In this document: one piece after another, positions 10,544 through 21,095 of the stretch | How positions within the stretch are numbered: position 1 is the stretch's first letter | Layout of the letters: each line of letters starts with the position of its first letter | Origin: an uncultured Gemmataceae bacterium | Lineage (GTDB): Bacteria > Planctomycetota > Planctomycetia > Gemmatales > Gemmataceae | NCBI GenBank assembly: GCA_963750165.1 | Contig: CAVVPN010000012.1 | Span: 864,001-928,000 of the forward strand | DNA length: 64,000 nt | Direction: 5' to 3' | Position numbers and translations under genes: made by a program | Notes under the pieces: generated by a model | Seen by the model: only the letters and a program-made list of their open reading frames with translations | Told to the model about the DNA's origin: nothing | Database searches by the model: none

Positions 10544-11383
10544 ATGAGCGCGTCCCGATGGCCGGTGCTGCTGGTGCTGAGCCTGTTGCCGGCCGGTGGC
10601 TGCCTGACGGCGGACAAGACCACGGCCGAGGCAACCGGCAGCAATGCTGTGGAACTGCCGCCGCGCGAGGGGGCCAGGGCGTGCCTGGCCGTGGCCACGG
10701 CGTTCGAGCGCGAGAGCAAGGAGAAGGAGGCCGCCATACAGTACGAGCGGGCGCGGGCCCTCGACCCGGGCCTGAAGGTGTCGCGGCAGCTGGCGGTGCT
10801 GTACGACAAGATCGGCGAACCGCAAAGGGCCCAGCGGGAGTTCGAGACGGCCCTGGTGCAGTCGCCGAAGGACGCCGAACTGCTCAACAGCTTCGGCTAC
10901 TTCTGCTACAACTGCGGCAAACTGGACGTGGCGGAGGCACGACTGCGGGAGGCGCTGGCGATCAACCCGAAGTATCAGCGGGCATGGAACAACCTCGCCC
11001 TGGTGCTCGGCCAGCAGCAGCGCTATGACGAGTGCCTGGAGGCGTTTCGCAAGGTGGTCAGCGAGGCAGACGCCCACTCGAACCTGGCGTTCCTGCTGAC
11101 CACCCAGGGCAAGGTGGCCCAGGCGAAGGAGGCGTACCGCCACGCGCTGCAGCTGGAGCCCAACCTGCTGCGGGCGCGACTGGCGCTGGAGAAGCTGGAG
11201 CACCCCGGCTCCAAGGCGCCGCCGGCCTCGACGACCGAGGACGCGCGGCGGAAGGAGATGCGGGAGCGGCTGCTGGCCCGGACGCGGACGACGACGACGA
11301 CGCCCGTGGCAGCCGCGGAACCGCCGCCGCTGCCGACGATTGTGGTGGCGCCGCCGACCGTGAAACCAGCGGAGGAAAAATAA
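10544..11383 (+). CDS. TPR lipoprotein (TadD-like)
   Basis: Lipobox-like LLPAGGC; TPR motifs such as LLNSFGYFCY, AWNNLALVL and AHSNLAFLL. Confidence 0.8.
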   Translation: MSASRWPVLLVLSLLPAGGCLTADKTTAEATGSNAVELPPREGARACLAVATAFERESKEKEAAIQYERARALDPGLKVSRQLAVLYDKIGEPQRAQREFETALVQSPKDAELLNSFGYFCYNCGKLDVAEARLREALAINPKYQRAWNNLALVLGQQQRYDECLEAFRKVVSEADAHSNLAFLLTTQGKVAQAKEAYRHALQLEPNLLRARLALEKLEHPGSKAPPASTTEDARRKEMRERLLARTRTTTTTPVAAAEPPPLPTIVVAPPTVKPAEEK

Positions 11384-11387
11384 GTCG

Positions 11388-11470
11388 GCACAGAGAACGC
11401 ACAGAGAAGACAAAGAATTGCTTATCAATTCTTCTGTCTTCTCTGTGCGCTCGCTGCGTTCTCAGTGGTG
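11388..11470. repeat. Imperfect hairpin with CACAGAGAA-type units; possible bidirectional terminator
   Basis: GCACAGAGAAGACAAAGAATTG / CAATTCTTCTGTCTTCTCTGTGC between convergent genes. Confidence 0.7.
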
Positions 11471-11480
11471 AATGATCGGG

Positions 11481-11873
11481 TCAATCCATGGGCGCGGGCG
11501 GCGCCTGGCGGAACAGCCGGCCGCTGGTGCTGAGGAACTCCAGCGGTTGGTTCTCGGGCTGGACCAGCCAACCGCTGACCCCCTGCGGATTCTTGGTGTA
11601 GGACACGCCGTGGACCAGATTCCAGTGCCGCCCCTGGTCGTCCGTGAAGGAGCGGCCGCACTTCCAGTCCCGGGCGGCCAGCACCACGCCCTTGGCCGTG
11701 GCGGGGCCGAAGGCCGACTTGCCCGTGACCGGCGGCGGCGTCAGCACAAAATAGTTCGTGTACTTCATCTTTTTGTCTTTGATCGTCTGCGACGTCACCA
11801 CCTGGCCGGCCGCCTGCCCGATCAATCCCAGCGCCAGCACCCCCGCCAGCGCCCACTGCACACACGTCTTCAT
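11481..11873 (-). CDS. Hypothetical secreted protein
   Basis: Signal peptide MKTCVQWALAGVLALGLIGQAAG; high-GC3 codon pattern. Confidence 0.65.
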   Translation of the reverse strand: MKTCVQWALAGVLALGLIGQAAGQVVTSQTIKDKKMKYTNYFVLTPPPVTGKSAFGPATAKGVVLAARDWKCGRSFTDDQGRHWNLVHGVSYTKNPQGVSGWLVQPENQPLEFLSTSGRLFRQAPPAPMD

Positions 11874-12274
11874 CGGCGTCCCCCTTTCGGCTCGTCGAAC
11901 CATCGGGTTTCACGGCACAGGCCCACGGCCCGTTGCCATTCCGGACACACCGGCTTTCGGATCTTTATCTAATGTTACACCAGATTCGACTGCCCGAAAG
12001 CAAAAAAGTCAGGATTTTCGCAAGCGCCCGCGGCGGTGACACAGGGCTGTCACCGCGCGGCCGCCTGCCAACGTGAGGCTAAATCCAACAATGCCGGTTA
12101 GAGAAACTGTGCCTGGTGACGGAAGGAAAATCACAGGCCACGGGACCGGGGATGGCCTTGTAGGACCACCTGGTTCCGTTAATCTCGTTATGTGATTTCC
12201 TTGCATGCGGGAAAATCATCGATGCGACCTACCCGCCAGGTGGCTCACTCTCAAACCGGCAACGGAGAACTATT

Positions 12275-13699
12275 GTGATACACCGCCGTCATCGCTACCG
12301 TCCCGCTTTGGAGTTTCTGGAGGACCGCACCTGCCCGACGCTGACGAAGGTCAGCCTGATCGCCGGCACTCTGACGATCACCGGCAGCCCGAGCGCCGGC
12401 AATGCGGTTGGGCAGGATCTCCTCATCCAGCGCGTGGCAGGCACCAACTTCAAAGTCCTCGACAACGCCGCCACGCCGATCAACTACGGCACCTTCACCG
12501 TCACCAACGGTCTGCGCCTCAACCTGACCTCGTTCACCACCGACATCAACATCGACCTCAACGCCGGCGTGCTGCCGGGCAGCGTTACCATCGACCTGGG
12601 CAACGGCGACGCGGACGCCATCGCCCCGGGCATGCTCGCGCCGCATCCGGTCAGCATCTACGACGGCAGCGGCATGAACACCGGCACCATCAACGGCGGC
12701 GTCACGGTGTTGCGCGGCTCGGGTCAGGAGGTGGTTGCCCTCGGCCAGATTGGCCCGCTGGACACCAACCCCACCGCCCACGCCATCCACATCAACGGCG
12801 GCGTCACCGCCACCGCCAGCACGCAGGGCGGCTTCGCGGGCAACAGCCTGTTCGTCGGCCCCGGCACTGTGGTCAACGGCAGCGTGTCCGACACGCAGTA
12901 CAGCCAGATGACGGTGGGCGCCTTCGGCTTCACGGGCGGCCAGGTGGGCGGCAGCTTGACGGTGAACCTCACCAACTCCCCCATCGGCGCCTCGGTGGTG
13001 GTGCTCGGCTTCGTCGGCGGCAACCTGTCGGTCAGCGGCAGCAACAACGGCGACTTTGTGGCGGTGCGCGACCCCAACCCGGGTGGGGCGGGCGACGTGC
13101 CGGGCAGCATCGGCGGCAGTTTCAGTGTCAACCTGGGCAGCGGCTTCAACCTGGTGGACATGGACCCGGCGACGTTCGTGGGCAAGAGCTTCAGTGTGAC
13201 GGCCGGCAACGGCACCACCCTGTTCGGGTCGCCGATCTTCGGCTTCGGCGGCACGGTCGGTGGCAGCATGACGCTGAACTTCGGCAACGGGCCCAACACG
13301 ATCCTGTTCGGCGGCACGGCCCTGATCGGTGGTAGTCTGAACCTGACCGTGGGCAACGGCGCCAACTCCATCGACCTGAATGGCACGGTAGCGGGCTCGG
13401 TGACCGCGACCACGGGCAACGGCACCAACACCTTCACGGTGGACACCGGGGCGCAGCTGCTCGGGCCGGTCGTGAACTTCAAGGGCGGCACCGGCAGCAA
13501 CACTGTGACCATCGCCAACGCCGTCAACAGCTTCGCCCTGCACGTCACCTTCACCAACGGCACGCGCGCGCTCGACCTGAGCGCCGTCACCGCGTTGGGC
13601 AGCACCATCATTGACTTCGGCATCGGCGGGGGGACCAAGACCTTGCTCAACTCCGCGGTCCCGGTCACGTGGATGGAGGTTATCAGGAATTACCCGTGA
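12275..13699 (+). CDS. Planctomycete extracellular-motif protein, Gly/Thr/Asn-rich beta-solenoid
   Basis: N-terminal RPALEFLEDRTCP signature; repeats of the type 'IGGSLNLTVGNGAN'; GGAG RBS before a GTG start. Confidence 0.8.
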   Translation: MIHRRHRYRPALEFLEDRTCPTLTKVSLIAGTLTITGSPSAGNAVGQDLLIQRVAGTNFKVLDNAATPINYGTFTVTNGLRLNLTSFTTDINIDLNAGVLPGSVTIDLGNGDADAIAPGMLAPHPVSIYDGSGMNTGTINGGVTVLRGSGQEVVALGQIGPLDTNPTAHAIHINGGVTATASTQGGFAGNSLFVGPGTVVNGSVSDTQYSQMTVGAFGFTGGQVGGSLTVNLTNSPIGASVVVLGFVGGNLSVSGSNNGDFVAVRDPNPGGAGDVPGSIGGSFSVNLGSGFNLVDMDPATFVGKSFSVTAGNGTTLFGSPIFGFGGTVGGSMTLNFGNGPNTILFGGTALIGGSLNLTVGNGANSIDLNGTVAGSVTATTGNGTNTFTVDTGAQLLGPVVNFKGGTGSNTVTIANAVNSFALHVTFTNGTRALDLSAVTALGSTIIDFGIGGGTKTLLNSAVPVTWMEVIRNYP

Positions 13700-13762
13700 G
13701 TTGCTCGGTAGCAGCCCTGCGGCGCTTTCGTAGTGCGGTCGGCTCGTCTGCATAGGGAAGGG

Positions 13763-13783
13763 GTGCAGGCGGGCCGCCTGCAC
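13763..13783. repeat. Palindrome family E (GTGCAGGCGGGCCGCCTGCAC)
   Basis: Same unit occurs twice inside wspE at ~52937-52986. Confidence 0.75.
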
Positions 13784-13823
13784 TGCGAAAGCACCGCAGG
13801 GCTGCTGTGTCTCTTCGGTCGTT

Positions 13824-15208
13824 TCAGGCGAACACCTCGATGGCCTTGATGATCTCATCCAGGTCGTTGGGCACCTGCACCGCTCGGTTGGCGAACGACG
13901 CACGCCGCACGCCGCGGTGGCCCAGCACCTCATCAAACGTCTTCTGGTCGGCGCTGTGATACGCGACCGTCGCCGTCGGATCCTTCAACTGATGCCCCGT
14001 CAGAATGCACACCACGCGCTCGTCAGCACCGATGACGCCCGCCTGACGCAGCTTCCGCGCTCCCGCCACGCTCGCCGCGGACGCTGGCTCGCAGCCCAGA
14101 CCGCAGGCGCCCACCTTGGCCTTGGCGTCCAGGATGTCCTGGTCGCTGACCTCGCGCACCACGCCGCCGCAGTGCTCCAGCGCCCGGAGCGCTTTCGGCA
14201 GATTCACCGGATGATTGATCTCGATGGCGCTGGCGATGGTCGCGGCCCGCGCCGCCAGGCCCTGGAAGTAGCCCTCGATAATGGTCCGGTCCGGCACACC
14301 CTGGTTCCAGCGCAAGTTGAGGCGGTCGTGCAGCTGGAAGAAGGTATTCGCCCCCGCCGCGTTGATGACCGCCAACCGCGGCACGCGCGTCAGCAGGCCC
14401 AGCTGCTGCAGCTCCATGAACGCCTTGCCGAAAGCGCTGACATTGCCGAGGTTGCCGCCCGGCACCACCACCCAGTCCGGCGGCTCCCGGCGCAGCGCCT
14501 CCAGGACGCGGTACATGATCGTTTTCTGACCTTCGAGCCGAAACGGGTTGATGCTGTTGACGAGGTAGATGCCGAGCTTACGCGCCACCTGCTGCACGCG
14601 CTGCATGGCGTCGTCAAAGTCACCGGCGATCTGCACCGTCAGCGCCCCGTGGTCGAGCGCCTGCGCCAGCTTGCCGTAGGAAATCTTGCCGCTGCCGATG
14701 AAGATGATGGCCCGCATGAGCCCGGTCGCGGAGCAGAAGACCGCCAGCGACGCCGAGGTGTTGCCGGTGCTGGCGCACGCCGCCCGTCGCGCCCGACCAG
14801 CCGCGCGTGCGTGAATGCCGCGGTCATGCCGTTGTCCTTGAAGCTGCCCGAGGGGTTCATGCCCTCGTACTGCAGGAACAGCCGGCCCGCGTTCATGCCG
14901 ACGTAGTTCGCCAGCAAGTCGGCGCACTGCAGAATGGTCTGACCCTCGCCGATGGTCATCACGCACTCGGGCGGCGCGAACGGCAGCAGTTCGCGGAAGC
15001 GCCAGACGCCGCTGAAGCTGAGCGGGTTGGCGCGGTCGGCCCACTTGCTCTCGAACCAGGACAGCGCGGACGGTGGACGCAGCCGGTCCCAGTCGTAGGC
15101 CACGTCGAGCAGGCCGCCGCAGCGCGGACAGACGAAACTCGTCTCGTCCACCGCGCAGGCGGCGGCGCAGGCGGGGTTGATGCAGCGCTGAAAGACGACA
15201 TCCGCCAT
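13824..15208 (-). CDS. thrC: Threonine synthase, frameshift at ~14793
   Basis: N-terminal Zn-ribbon, [13 protein letters not shown] (PLP lysine), [38 protein letters not shown] and TGHQLKDP. Confidence 0.92.
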
Positions 15209-15212
15209 GACG

Positions 15213-16585
15213 TCAGTAATCCTTGGTTGAGAACCACCAGCAGGCAACGCCCACAAACAGGACGATGTACGCCAGCGACACGGTGAGGGTTTCCCACCAG
15301 TGGATCTCGCGCAGGGCGATGGCCTCGGCCAACGGACCGGAGACGAGGTCTGCCAGGAGCAGTTTACTGCCCAGCGCGTCGAGTTCGGTGGTGCGCGGCG
15401 TCACGAAGTGGATGGCCCGGAAGGCCTGGCCCCAGGCGTTATCGCCCCAGCGCTGGCTTTCGGGGATGTTCTCCTTGATCTCCATTTGCCGACGGTTGTC
15501 GAACACGCCGTGAACCGATCCGATCACGAAGAACACAAACCAGGCGGCACAGGTCGCCAGGATGGCAACGACCGCGCTGCGCGTTAGCACGGACACGAAC
15601 GTCGAGACCGCGTACAGGATGGCGAAGAAGAACGTGAAGACGAAAATCATCAGCAGGAACGTGTTGGCCCAGACGCCGGAACGCAGCCCCAGGGCCAGCC
15701 AGATGCCGAGCAGGGCCACCGCGGTGTTGAGGAACACGAACGTTAGACCGCCGATGTATTTGTAGACCAGCAAGAGCCAGCGATGGATGGGTTTGACGAC
15801 TAACAGGTCCACGGTGCCCTTGCGCAGCATGTTGGGGATGAAAAAGGCGGTGATGATGACACTGATGAGCAGCGTCACCAGCGAACCGATCCACAGCACG
15901 ATGGAGGCCAGAATCCACAACGCCATGCCCAGCGGCGCCCGCGCGTGAACGTGAGCGGCATGTAGCCGAAGAACAGCCCGACTTCCGTCGGCCAGATGCG
16001 GTGCGTGGCGGCTGTGGGGGCGGTGTCCATTTCCAGGAAAACGCCTTCGGCGCGCTTCTCGGGGGTGCTGTCCCTGGCGAACTTGTTCTGGTCGTTGTCC
16101 GCCACACGCAGGTCGGTGATTTTGAAGATCTCGTATTCTTCCACCTTGCCAAGGTCGCGGCGCATCTCCGGGATCCGGTCGCTGAACGATTTGCGGGCCG
16201 CGGCGGCGAAGTTCCTGTCGCCCAGGTCCACGTAGAAGGTCACGCGGTATTCGCTGCTCGGCGAATCAGGGTTGCCCTTGAGCAGTTCCACCCCCTGATA
16301 GACCGGCTCCGCGTGCCTCGGCCGGCGCCGGATGATATTCCCGTTCTGGTCGAATTCGACGTGCTCCGGTGGCGGAGGTTCCATCTGCGCCCCGCGGTTA
16401 TTTTTTTTCAGAGGCAAGCCGCCACGGTTGAACATGGAACTGAAGGCCTCGTCCGCCTTGAGGGGTGTGAAGGACATGGTCAGCATGAACAGCGTGATTA
16501 ACAGCGACATGGCGACCAGGGCGTAAATCACCTTGCTGTCGATCGCCTCGCGGAACGAGTCGCGCAGGATGGCCAGGTATTTCAT
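15213..16585 (-). CDS. ABC transporter permease, frameshift at ~15939
   Basis: MKYLAILRDSFREA N-terminus; FIPNMLRKGTVDLLVVKPI; multiple TM helices; ends FSTKDY; follows the ABC ATPase. Confidence 0.82.
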
Positions 16586-16647
16586 GGGTGCAAAAATCCT
16601 GTCAGGGGCGGCAAGAGCTGGGGATGTTAGTTGTGGGTTGCAGCGTG

Positions 16648-17670
16648 TTAGCGGTAACGCTCCTCGGAGCCACGGCGGCGCGGTTCCCGGCGGTCGTAGT
16701 CGTCGTCATCACGGTCGCGGTCGCGCCGCGGCGGACGGCGGTCGCGCGGCCGATCCACGCCCGGCTCGGCGGAGTCCACTGTCGCCATGAACAACTCTTC
16801 CAGCGTCTGCCGCTTCTCGACCAGGTGCCGGATGCTCAACTGCCGCGACCGCAGCAGATCGACCACCACGTCAATGCTCTGGTCCGCCGTCAACTCCAGC
16901 TGCCAGAGGTCGCCCACCGGCACGGCCGCGAAGCCTATCTGCGACAGCTCCGCCTCGGGGAACGCCTGGCCCTCCGCTAGCCGAATTTGGTAGCGGCCCA
17001 CCTGCCGCGTCAGCGTCTCGATGTCGCCCTCACGGATCATCTCGCCGCGCTGCAGGATCGCCACGCGGTCGCAGATCAGCTCGACCTCGCCCAGCAGGTG
17101 CGAGTTGATGAAGATGGTCTTGCCCTGCTCGCGCAGCCGCAACAGGATTTCGCGGATTTCGCGGCGGCCTACCGGATCGACGCCGTCGGTCGGCTCGTCG
17201 AGGAAGATGATGGCCGGGTCGTGGAACAGCGCCTGGGCGATGCCGACACGCTGCTTCATGCCCTTGGAGTAGGTGCGAATCTTGTAGTGCATGCGGCCCT
17301 TGATGCCGACCATCTCCAGGTAGTGCGGAATGCGCTTCTGCCGCTCCGGCCGACTCACGCCCAGCAGGCAGCCGTAGAAGTCGAGCAGGCTGTAAGCGCT
17401 GTGGTAGTCGGGGAAGCGGTGGTCCTCGGGCAGGTAGCCGACCTGCTTGCGCACCGCCACGTCGCCGGCCTCCGCGCCCAGCAGGCTGGCCTCGCCCTCC
17501 CAGCCGCGGGCCACGCCGAGCAGGATTTTGATGAGCGTCGTCTTGCCGGCGCCGTTCTGGCCGAGCAGGCCGAAGATGTTACCCGGCGCCACCTTCAACG
17601 TCACGCCGCGCAGCGCCTGGATGTTGCCGTAGTTCTTGACCAGGTTGCGCGTCTCGATCACCGCGGACAT
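16648..17670 (-). CDS. ABC transporter ATP-binding protein
   Basis: Walker A GQNGAGKTT, signature YSKGMKQR, Walker B IIFLDEPT and H-loop NSH. Confidence 0.95.
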   Translation of the reverse strand: MSAVIETRNLVKNYGNIQALRGVTLKVAPGNIFGLLGQNGAGKTTLIKILLGVARGWEGEASLLGAEAGDVAVRKQVGYLPEDHRFPDYHSAYSLLDFYGCLLGVSRPERQKRIPHYLEMVGIKGRMHYKIRTYSKGMKQRVGIAQALFHDPAIIFLDEPTDGVDPVGRREIREILLRLREQGKTIFINSHLLGEVELICDRVAILQRGEMIREGDIETLTRQVGRYQIRLAEGQAFPEAELSQIGFAAVPVGDLWQLELTADQSIDVVVDLLRSRQLSIRHLVEKRQTLEELFMATVDSAEPGVDRPRDRRPPRRDRDRDDDDYDRREPRRRGSEERYR

Positions 17671-17783
17671 GAGCGTCACTCCCAAGGGGTTGGCCTTGCA
17701 CGAACGGCGTCAAGTTTACCACGCCGTGGCGCTGTGTGTAACCGTTATTCGTTGCGGGGACGGGAATCTTCACCGTACCGGCC

Positions 17784-17858
17784 GAGCGGGGTCGCGTCAG
17801 CGCCCCGTGCGCGTGCCACAGCTCGCTCTGCCACGCGGCGCTGACGCGACCCCGCTCG
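17784..17858. repeat. REP-like palindrome, family A variant
   Basis: GAGCGGGGTCGCGTCAGCGCC...GGCGCTGACGCGACCCCGCTC. Confidence 0.8.
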
Positions 17859-17866
17859 CTCTGGAG

Positions 17867-19090
17867 TCACCCGTTCGCCACGTCCTGGAACCCGAACGGC
17901 GCCTCCGCGTCGGCGCTGCGGACGAACATCGCCCGCCGCCCCTGCAGCACCGCCAGCAGCTCCGGCAGCACATGGACCGCCCGCCAACCGCGGGTCAGCG
18001 ACGTGTCCTCCGGCAGCGGCTGCCGCGCCCGGTGGGCCTTGACCAGCGCCTTCACGTCCGCGTTGCTGGCGACCAGCGGCGTCGCCAGGTGGTTGCGCAC
18101 GCACCAGTCGCCGAGCACCGCCACCAGCAGGTTGACCAGCCACGTCAACTGCGGCGGATCCTGCTCGCGCTCCGCCACCGTCGGCCACGTCTCCGGCGGC
18201 AGCGCCTGCGCCCGCTGCACCGTGTCGATGATCGCTTGCAGGTCGCGCCGCGCCAGGCCGCGCACCACGTGCAGGTCGCGCTCCTTCGCCGGGATGCGCC
18301 GCGCGATCTCGATCAGCAAATCATCCCGGACGACGGTGCGCGGCGGTCGGTTGACGCGCGCCGCCGCCTCCTCGCGCCAGTGGAACAGTTCGCGGACAAT
18401 GGCCAGCCGCTTGCGGTCCAGCGCGCCGAGGCCGCGCAGCTTGCGCCACTTGTCGGCGCTGACGGTGACGCCCGCCTCGTCCGGTGTGCTGTTCACGGCC
18501 AGGCGGCCGAACTCCTCCCTGGCCCACTCCTGCCGGCCCAGTTCGTCGAGCCGCGCCGACAGCTTGCGCCACAGTGCCAGCAGGTAGCGCACGTCATCGT
18601 AGGCGTAGTGAATCTGCGAGCGCGTCAGCGGCCGGGTGTGCCAGTTGGTGAGCGTCTCGCCCTTGTCGAGGCGGACGCCGAGCAGTTGTTTGACCAGCGG
18701 GCCGTGGCCGATGGGGTACTGCAAGCCGACCAGGCCCGCGGCGATCTGCAGGTCGAACAGGTTCGCGGGCGTGCGGCCGCTGAGCAAATGGCACAGGCGC
18801 ACTTCCTCGCGGCCGGCATGGACGATGATCTGCCGTTCCGGGTGGACGATGACGTTCCAGAAGGCGTCGAGCGGCCCGACGGTGAACGGGTCGATGAGGT
18901 ACAGCGCGTCGGGCGCCGCGACCTGAATCAGGCACAGGTTGGGATGGTACGACTCTTCGCCGACGAACTCGGTGTCGAGTCCGAGGCGCGGGCAGGCGGC
19001 GAGATGTTGACAGCACGCGGCCAATTCGTCCGGCTGGGTCACCAGCACTTCGCGGACAGGTGAGACATCATCACTCGAAGAACGACGCAT
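17867..19090 (-). CDS. rnd: Ribonuclease D (3'-5' exonuclease plus HRDC)
   Basis: GLDTEFV, LCLIQVA, HAGREE, LFDLQIAAG, WHTRPLT..QIHYAYDDV and HRDC WREEAA.RVNRPP. Confidence 0.9.
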   Translation of the reverse strand: MRRSSSDDVSPVREVLVTQPDELAACCQHLAACPRLGLDTEFVGEESYHPNLCLIQVAAPDALYLIDPFTVGPLDAFWNVIVHPERQIIVHAGREEVRLCHLLSGRTPANLFDLQIAAGLVGLQYPIGHGPLVKQLLGVRLDKGETLTNWHTRPLTRSQIHYAYDDVRYLLALWRKLSARLDELGRQEWAREEFGRLAVNSTPDEAGVTVSADKWRKLRGLGALDRKRLAIVRELFHWREEAAARVNRPPRTVVRDDLLIEIARRIPAKERDLHVVRGLARRDLQAIIDTVQRAQALPPETWPTVAEREQDPPQLTWLVNLLVAVLGDWCVRNHLATPLVASNADVKALVKAHRARQPLPEDTSLTRGWRAVHVLPELLAVLQGRRAMFVRSADAEAPFGFQDVANG

Positions 19091-19192
19091 CAGCTCCACT
19101 TCCAGCAACGGCAGCGCTCCGGGGGCTTCCACAGCCTTGATTGTAGGGCAGCGCGGAAGGCGAGTCCACCGTAGCCGTTCCCGCAACACCTC

Positions 19193-19260
19193 GGCGATCG
19201 GCGCGACGTCAGCCCGCCGTGTCGGAGACTGCACGGCGGCCTGACGCCGCGCCGCTCGCC
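19193..19260. repeat. REP-like palindrome, family A
   Basis: Matches the 7157 and 23311 copies. Confidence 0.85.
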
Positions 19261-19274
19261 GGGGCCGTCGCCAT

Positions 19275-20076
19275 TTATCCCCCGGCGTCGCGGACGCCCC
19301 AACCGCCGTCCACCGGCAACACCACACCGGTGAGCAGCCGTGCCTCGTCGCTGCACAGGAAGACCGCCGCCTCGGCACAGTCGGCGGGCTGCCCGGGGCC
19401 TTCGGCCAGCGGTTGCTTGCGCGAGGAAGTGCCGGATGTCCGGGTCGGCGGTGGCGCGGGCGGCCGCGGGCGTGTCGATGAGGCCGGGAGCCAGGACGTT
19501 GACGCGAATGCCGTCGGCGGCGTAGCGAGCCGCGGCGTAGCGGCTCAGGGCGATGACGCCCCCCTTGGCCGTGGCGTAGGCGGCGGTGTCGAAGAAGTCC
19601 GGCGCCGGGTCGAACGCCAGCACGCTGGCCATGTTCAGGATGACGCCGGGCTGTTGCTCCTGGAGAAAGTGGCTCACCGCGGCGCGGTTGGTGAGGAAGG
19701 TGCTGTAGAGATTGAGGTCGATGGTACACAGCCAGCCGTCGTCTGTGCAGGTGTGCAGTGGGCCATCGCCGAACTGTCGGCCACTGCCGCCGGCGACGTG
19801 AAAGAGCACGTCGAGACCGCCAAGGAGCTTCAGCGTTTGTTCGAACAAGTGCCGCACCTGCTCGGGGTCGGTGGCGTCGGCGGTGGCGGCCCAGACGTGC
19901 CACTCCGAGGGGCAGCTGAGCCGCAGTTCATCGAGGGCGTCCTGCGGGCTGGGTTCGGGCAGCCCGGCAATGACGACCGACGCCCCCTCGTCCAGGAAGC
20001 GCTCGGCGGCGGCCAGGCCGATGCCCGAGGTGCCGCCGACGATTAGACAGCGCTTGTCCGCCAGCCGCCCGGCCAT
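19275..20076 (-). CDS. SDR family oxidoreductase, frameshift at ~19420
   Basis: GGTSGIG, YATAK and IRVNVLAPG; C-terminal LTGVVLPVDGGW is in another frame. Confidence 0.88.
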
Positions 20077-20099
20077 GATCCCCCTCCGATCAGAACGAT

Positions 20100-20195
20100 T
20101 CACCACAAAGACACCAAGAACACAAAGAAGACATAAACACAATAATCGCCGTTCTCTTCGGTCTTTCCTTTGTGTTCTTGGTGTCTTTGTGGTGA
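20100..20195. repeat. Nonamer-unit hairpin (CACCACAAAGACACCAAGAACACAAAG / CTTTGTGTTCTTGGTGTCTTTGTGGTG)
   Basis: 27-bp perfect inverted arms built of ~9-nt units. Confidence 0.85.
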
Positions 20196-20196
20196 G

Positions 20197-20994
20197 TCAT
20201 TCTCCCTGTCGCCCATACAGTGGCGCCACGCTGCGCGCGTACTGCGTGTAGAAGAACTCCAGCTGCTCCTCGACGCTGCGGCTGCCGACGAACTGATGGC
20301 TCGGCAGAAACACCGGCTCAACACCACGGTCCAGCAGCCGCTGCGCCACCTCGCAGCGCAACAGGTTCATGACCATCGCGCCGCCGAGCGTGCTGAACGG
20401 CCCCGTCTTGTTCGTGCAGCCCGCCAGCGCCAGCAGCGAATCGCCGACCGGCGCCCCATTATCGAGCACCACGTCCACCACGTCCATTAACTTCTTGCCC
20501 GACGGGTGCGCCGGCCTGGCCTGTTCGCAGTGCGCCTTGCTGACGACGCCAATCACCGCCAGACCGCGCTGTTTCGCGCCCTCCGCCATCTCAATAATGA
20601 CTTCGCGGATGCCGCTTGTCGAGATGACAATCATCACGTCCTTGGGGCCGAAGCGGAAGTTGCGCAGAATCTGCTCGGCGTAGCCGAGGGTCTTCTCCAG
20701 GTGCAGGCTCTGCCGCAGACCGTTGGGGCCGACGATGAGATTGTGGAACGTCAGACCGAGTTCGACGATGGTGTGCCAGCCAACGAAGCAGCCCTGGCGC
20801 GGCGTCATTTCCTCGCAGAGCATACGGCTGTGACCGCAGCCGAACAGGTGGACGAGGCCGCCGACGGCGATGGCGTCGGTGCAGAGCGCCGCGGCACGGT
20901 CGAGTTCGGCACGCTGGCCGTCGAGCAGCCCCTGGAGGCGACGCAGGGCCTCGTGATAAAATTCCTCGGCGGCGCGGAGGGTTGGCGTCGGCAT
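20197..20994 (-). CDS. SIS-domain sugar isomerase-like protein (UPF0309-like)
   Basis: VHLFGCGHS, IVISTSG, HPSGKKL and DNGAPVGD. Confidence 0.85.
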   Translation of the reverse strand: MPTPTLRAAEEFYHEALRRLQGLLDGQRAELDRAAALCTDAIAVGGLVHLFGCGHSRMLCEEMTPRQGCFVGWHTIVELGLTFHNLIVGPNGLRQSLHLEKTLGYAEQILRNFRFGPKDVMIVISTSGIREVIIEMAEGAKQRGLAVIGVVSKAHCEQARPAHPSGKKLMDVVDVVLDNGAPVGDSLLALAGCTNKTGPFSTLGGAMVMNLLRCEVAQRLLDRGVEPVFLPSHQFVGSRSVEEQLEFFYTQYARSVAPLYGRQGE

Positions 20995-21007
20995 GGGATT
21001 TCTCTTC

Positions 21008-21063
21008 GTGGGGCAGACATTCCTGTCTGCCGGTGACCTGGCAGACAGGAATGTCTGCCCCAC
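21008..21063. repeat. REP-like palindrome (GTGGGGCAGACATTCCTGTCTGCC...GGCAGACAGGAATGTCTGCCCCAC)
   Basis: Perfect inverted arms, each itself palindromic. Confidence 0.85.
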
Positions 21064-21095
21064 GTTTAGCCTAGCAAGCGGCGCGAGGTGCGGAC

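Noticed and set aside
13824..15208. thrC and other split genes as pseudogenes or programmed frameshifts
   Set aside because: One indel each, no other decay, no slippery heptamer recognised, and a shared context that points to sequencing error; kept as CDS.
17867..19903. 678-aa ORF suggesting an SDR-RNase D fusion
   Set aside because: The N-terminal ~270 aa are an off-frame read of the SDR gene and a REP; RNase D similarity starts near 19090.
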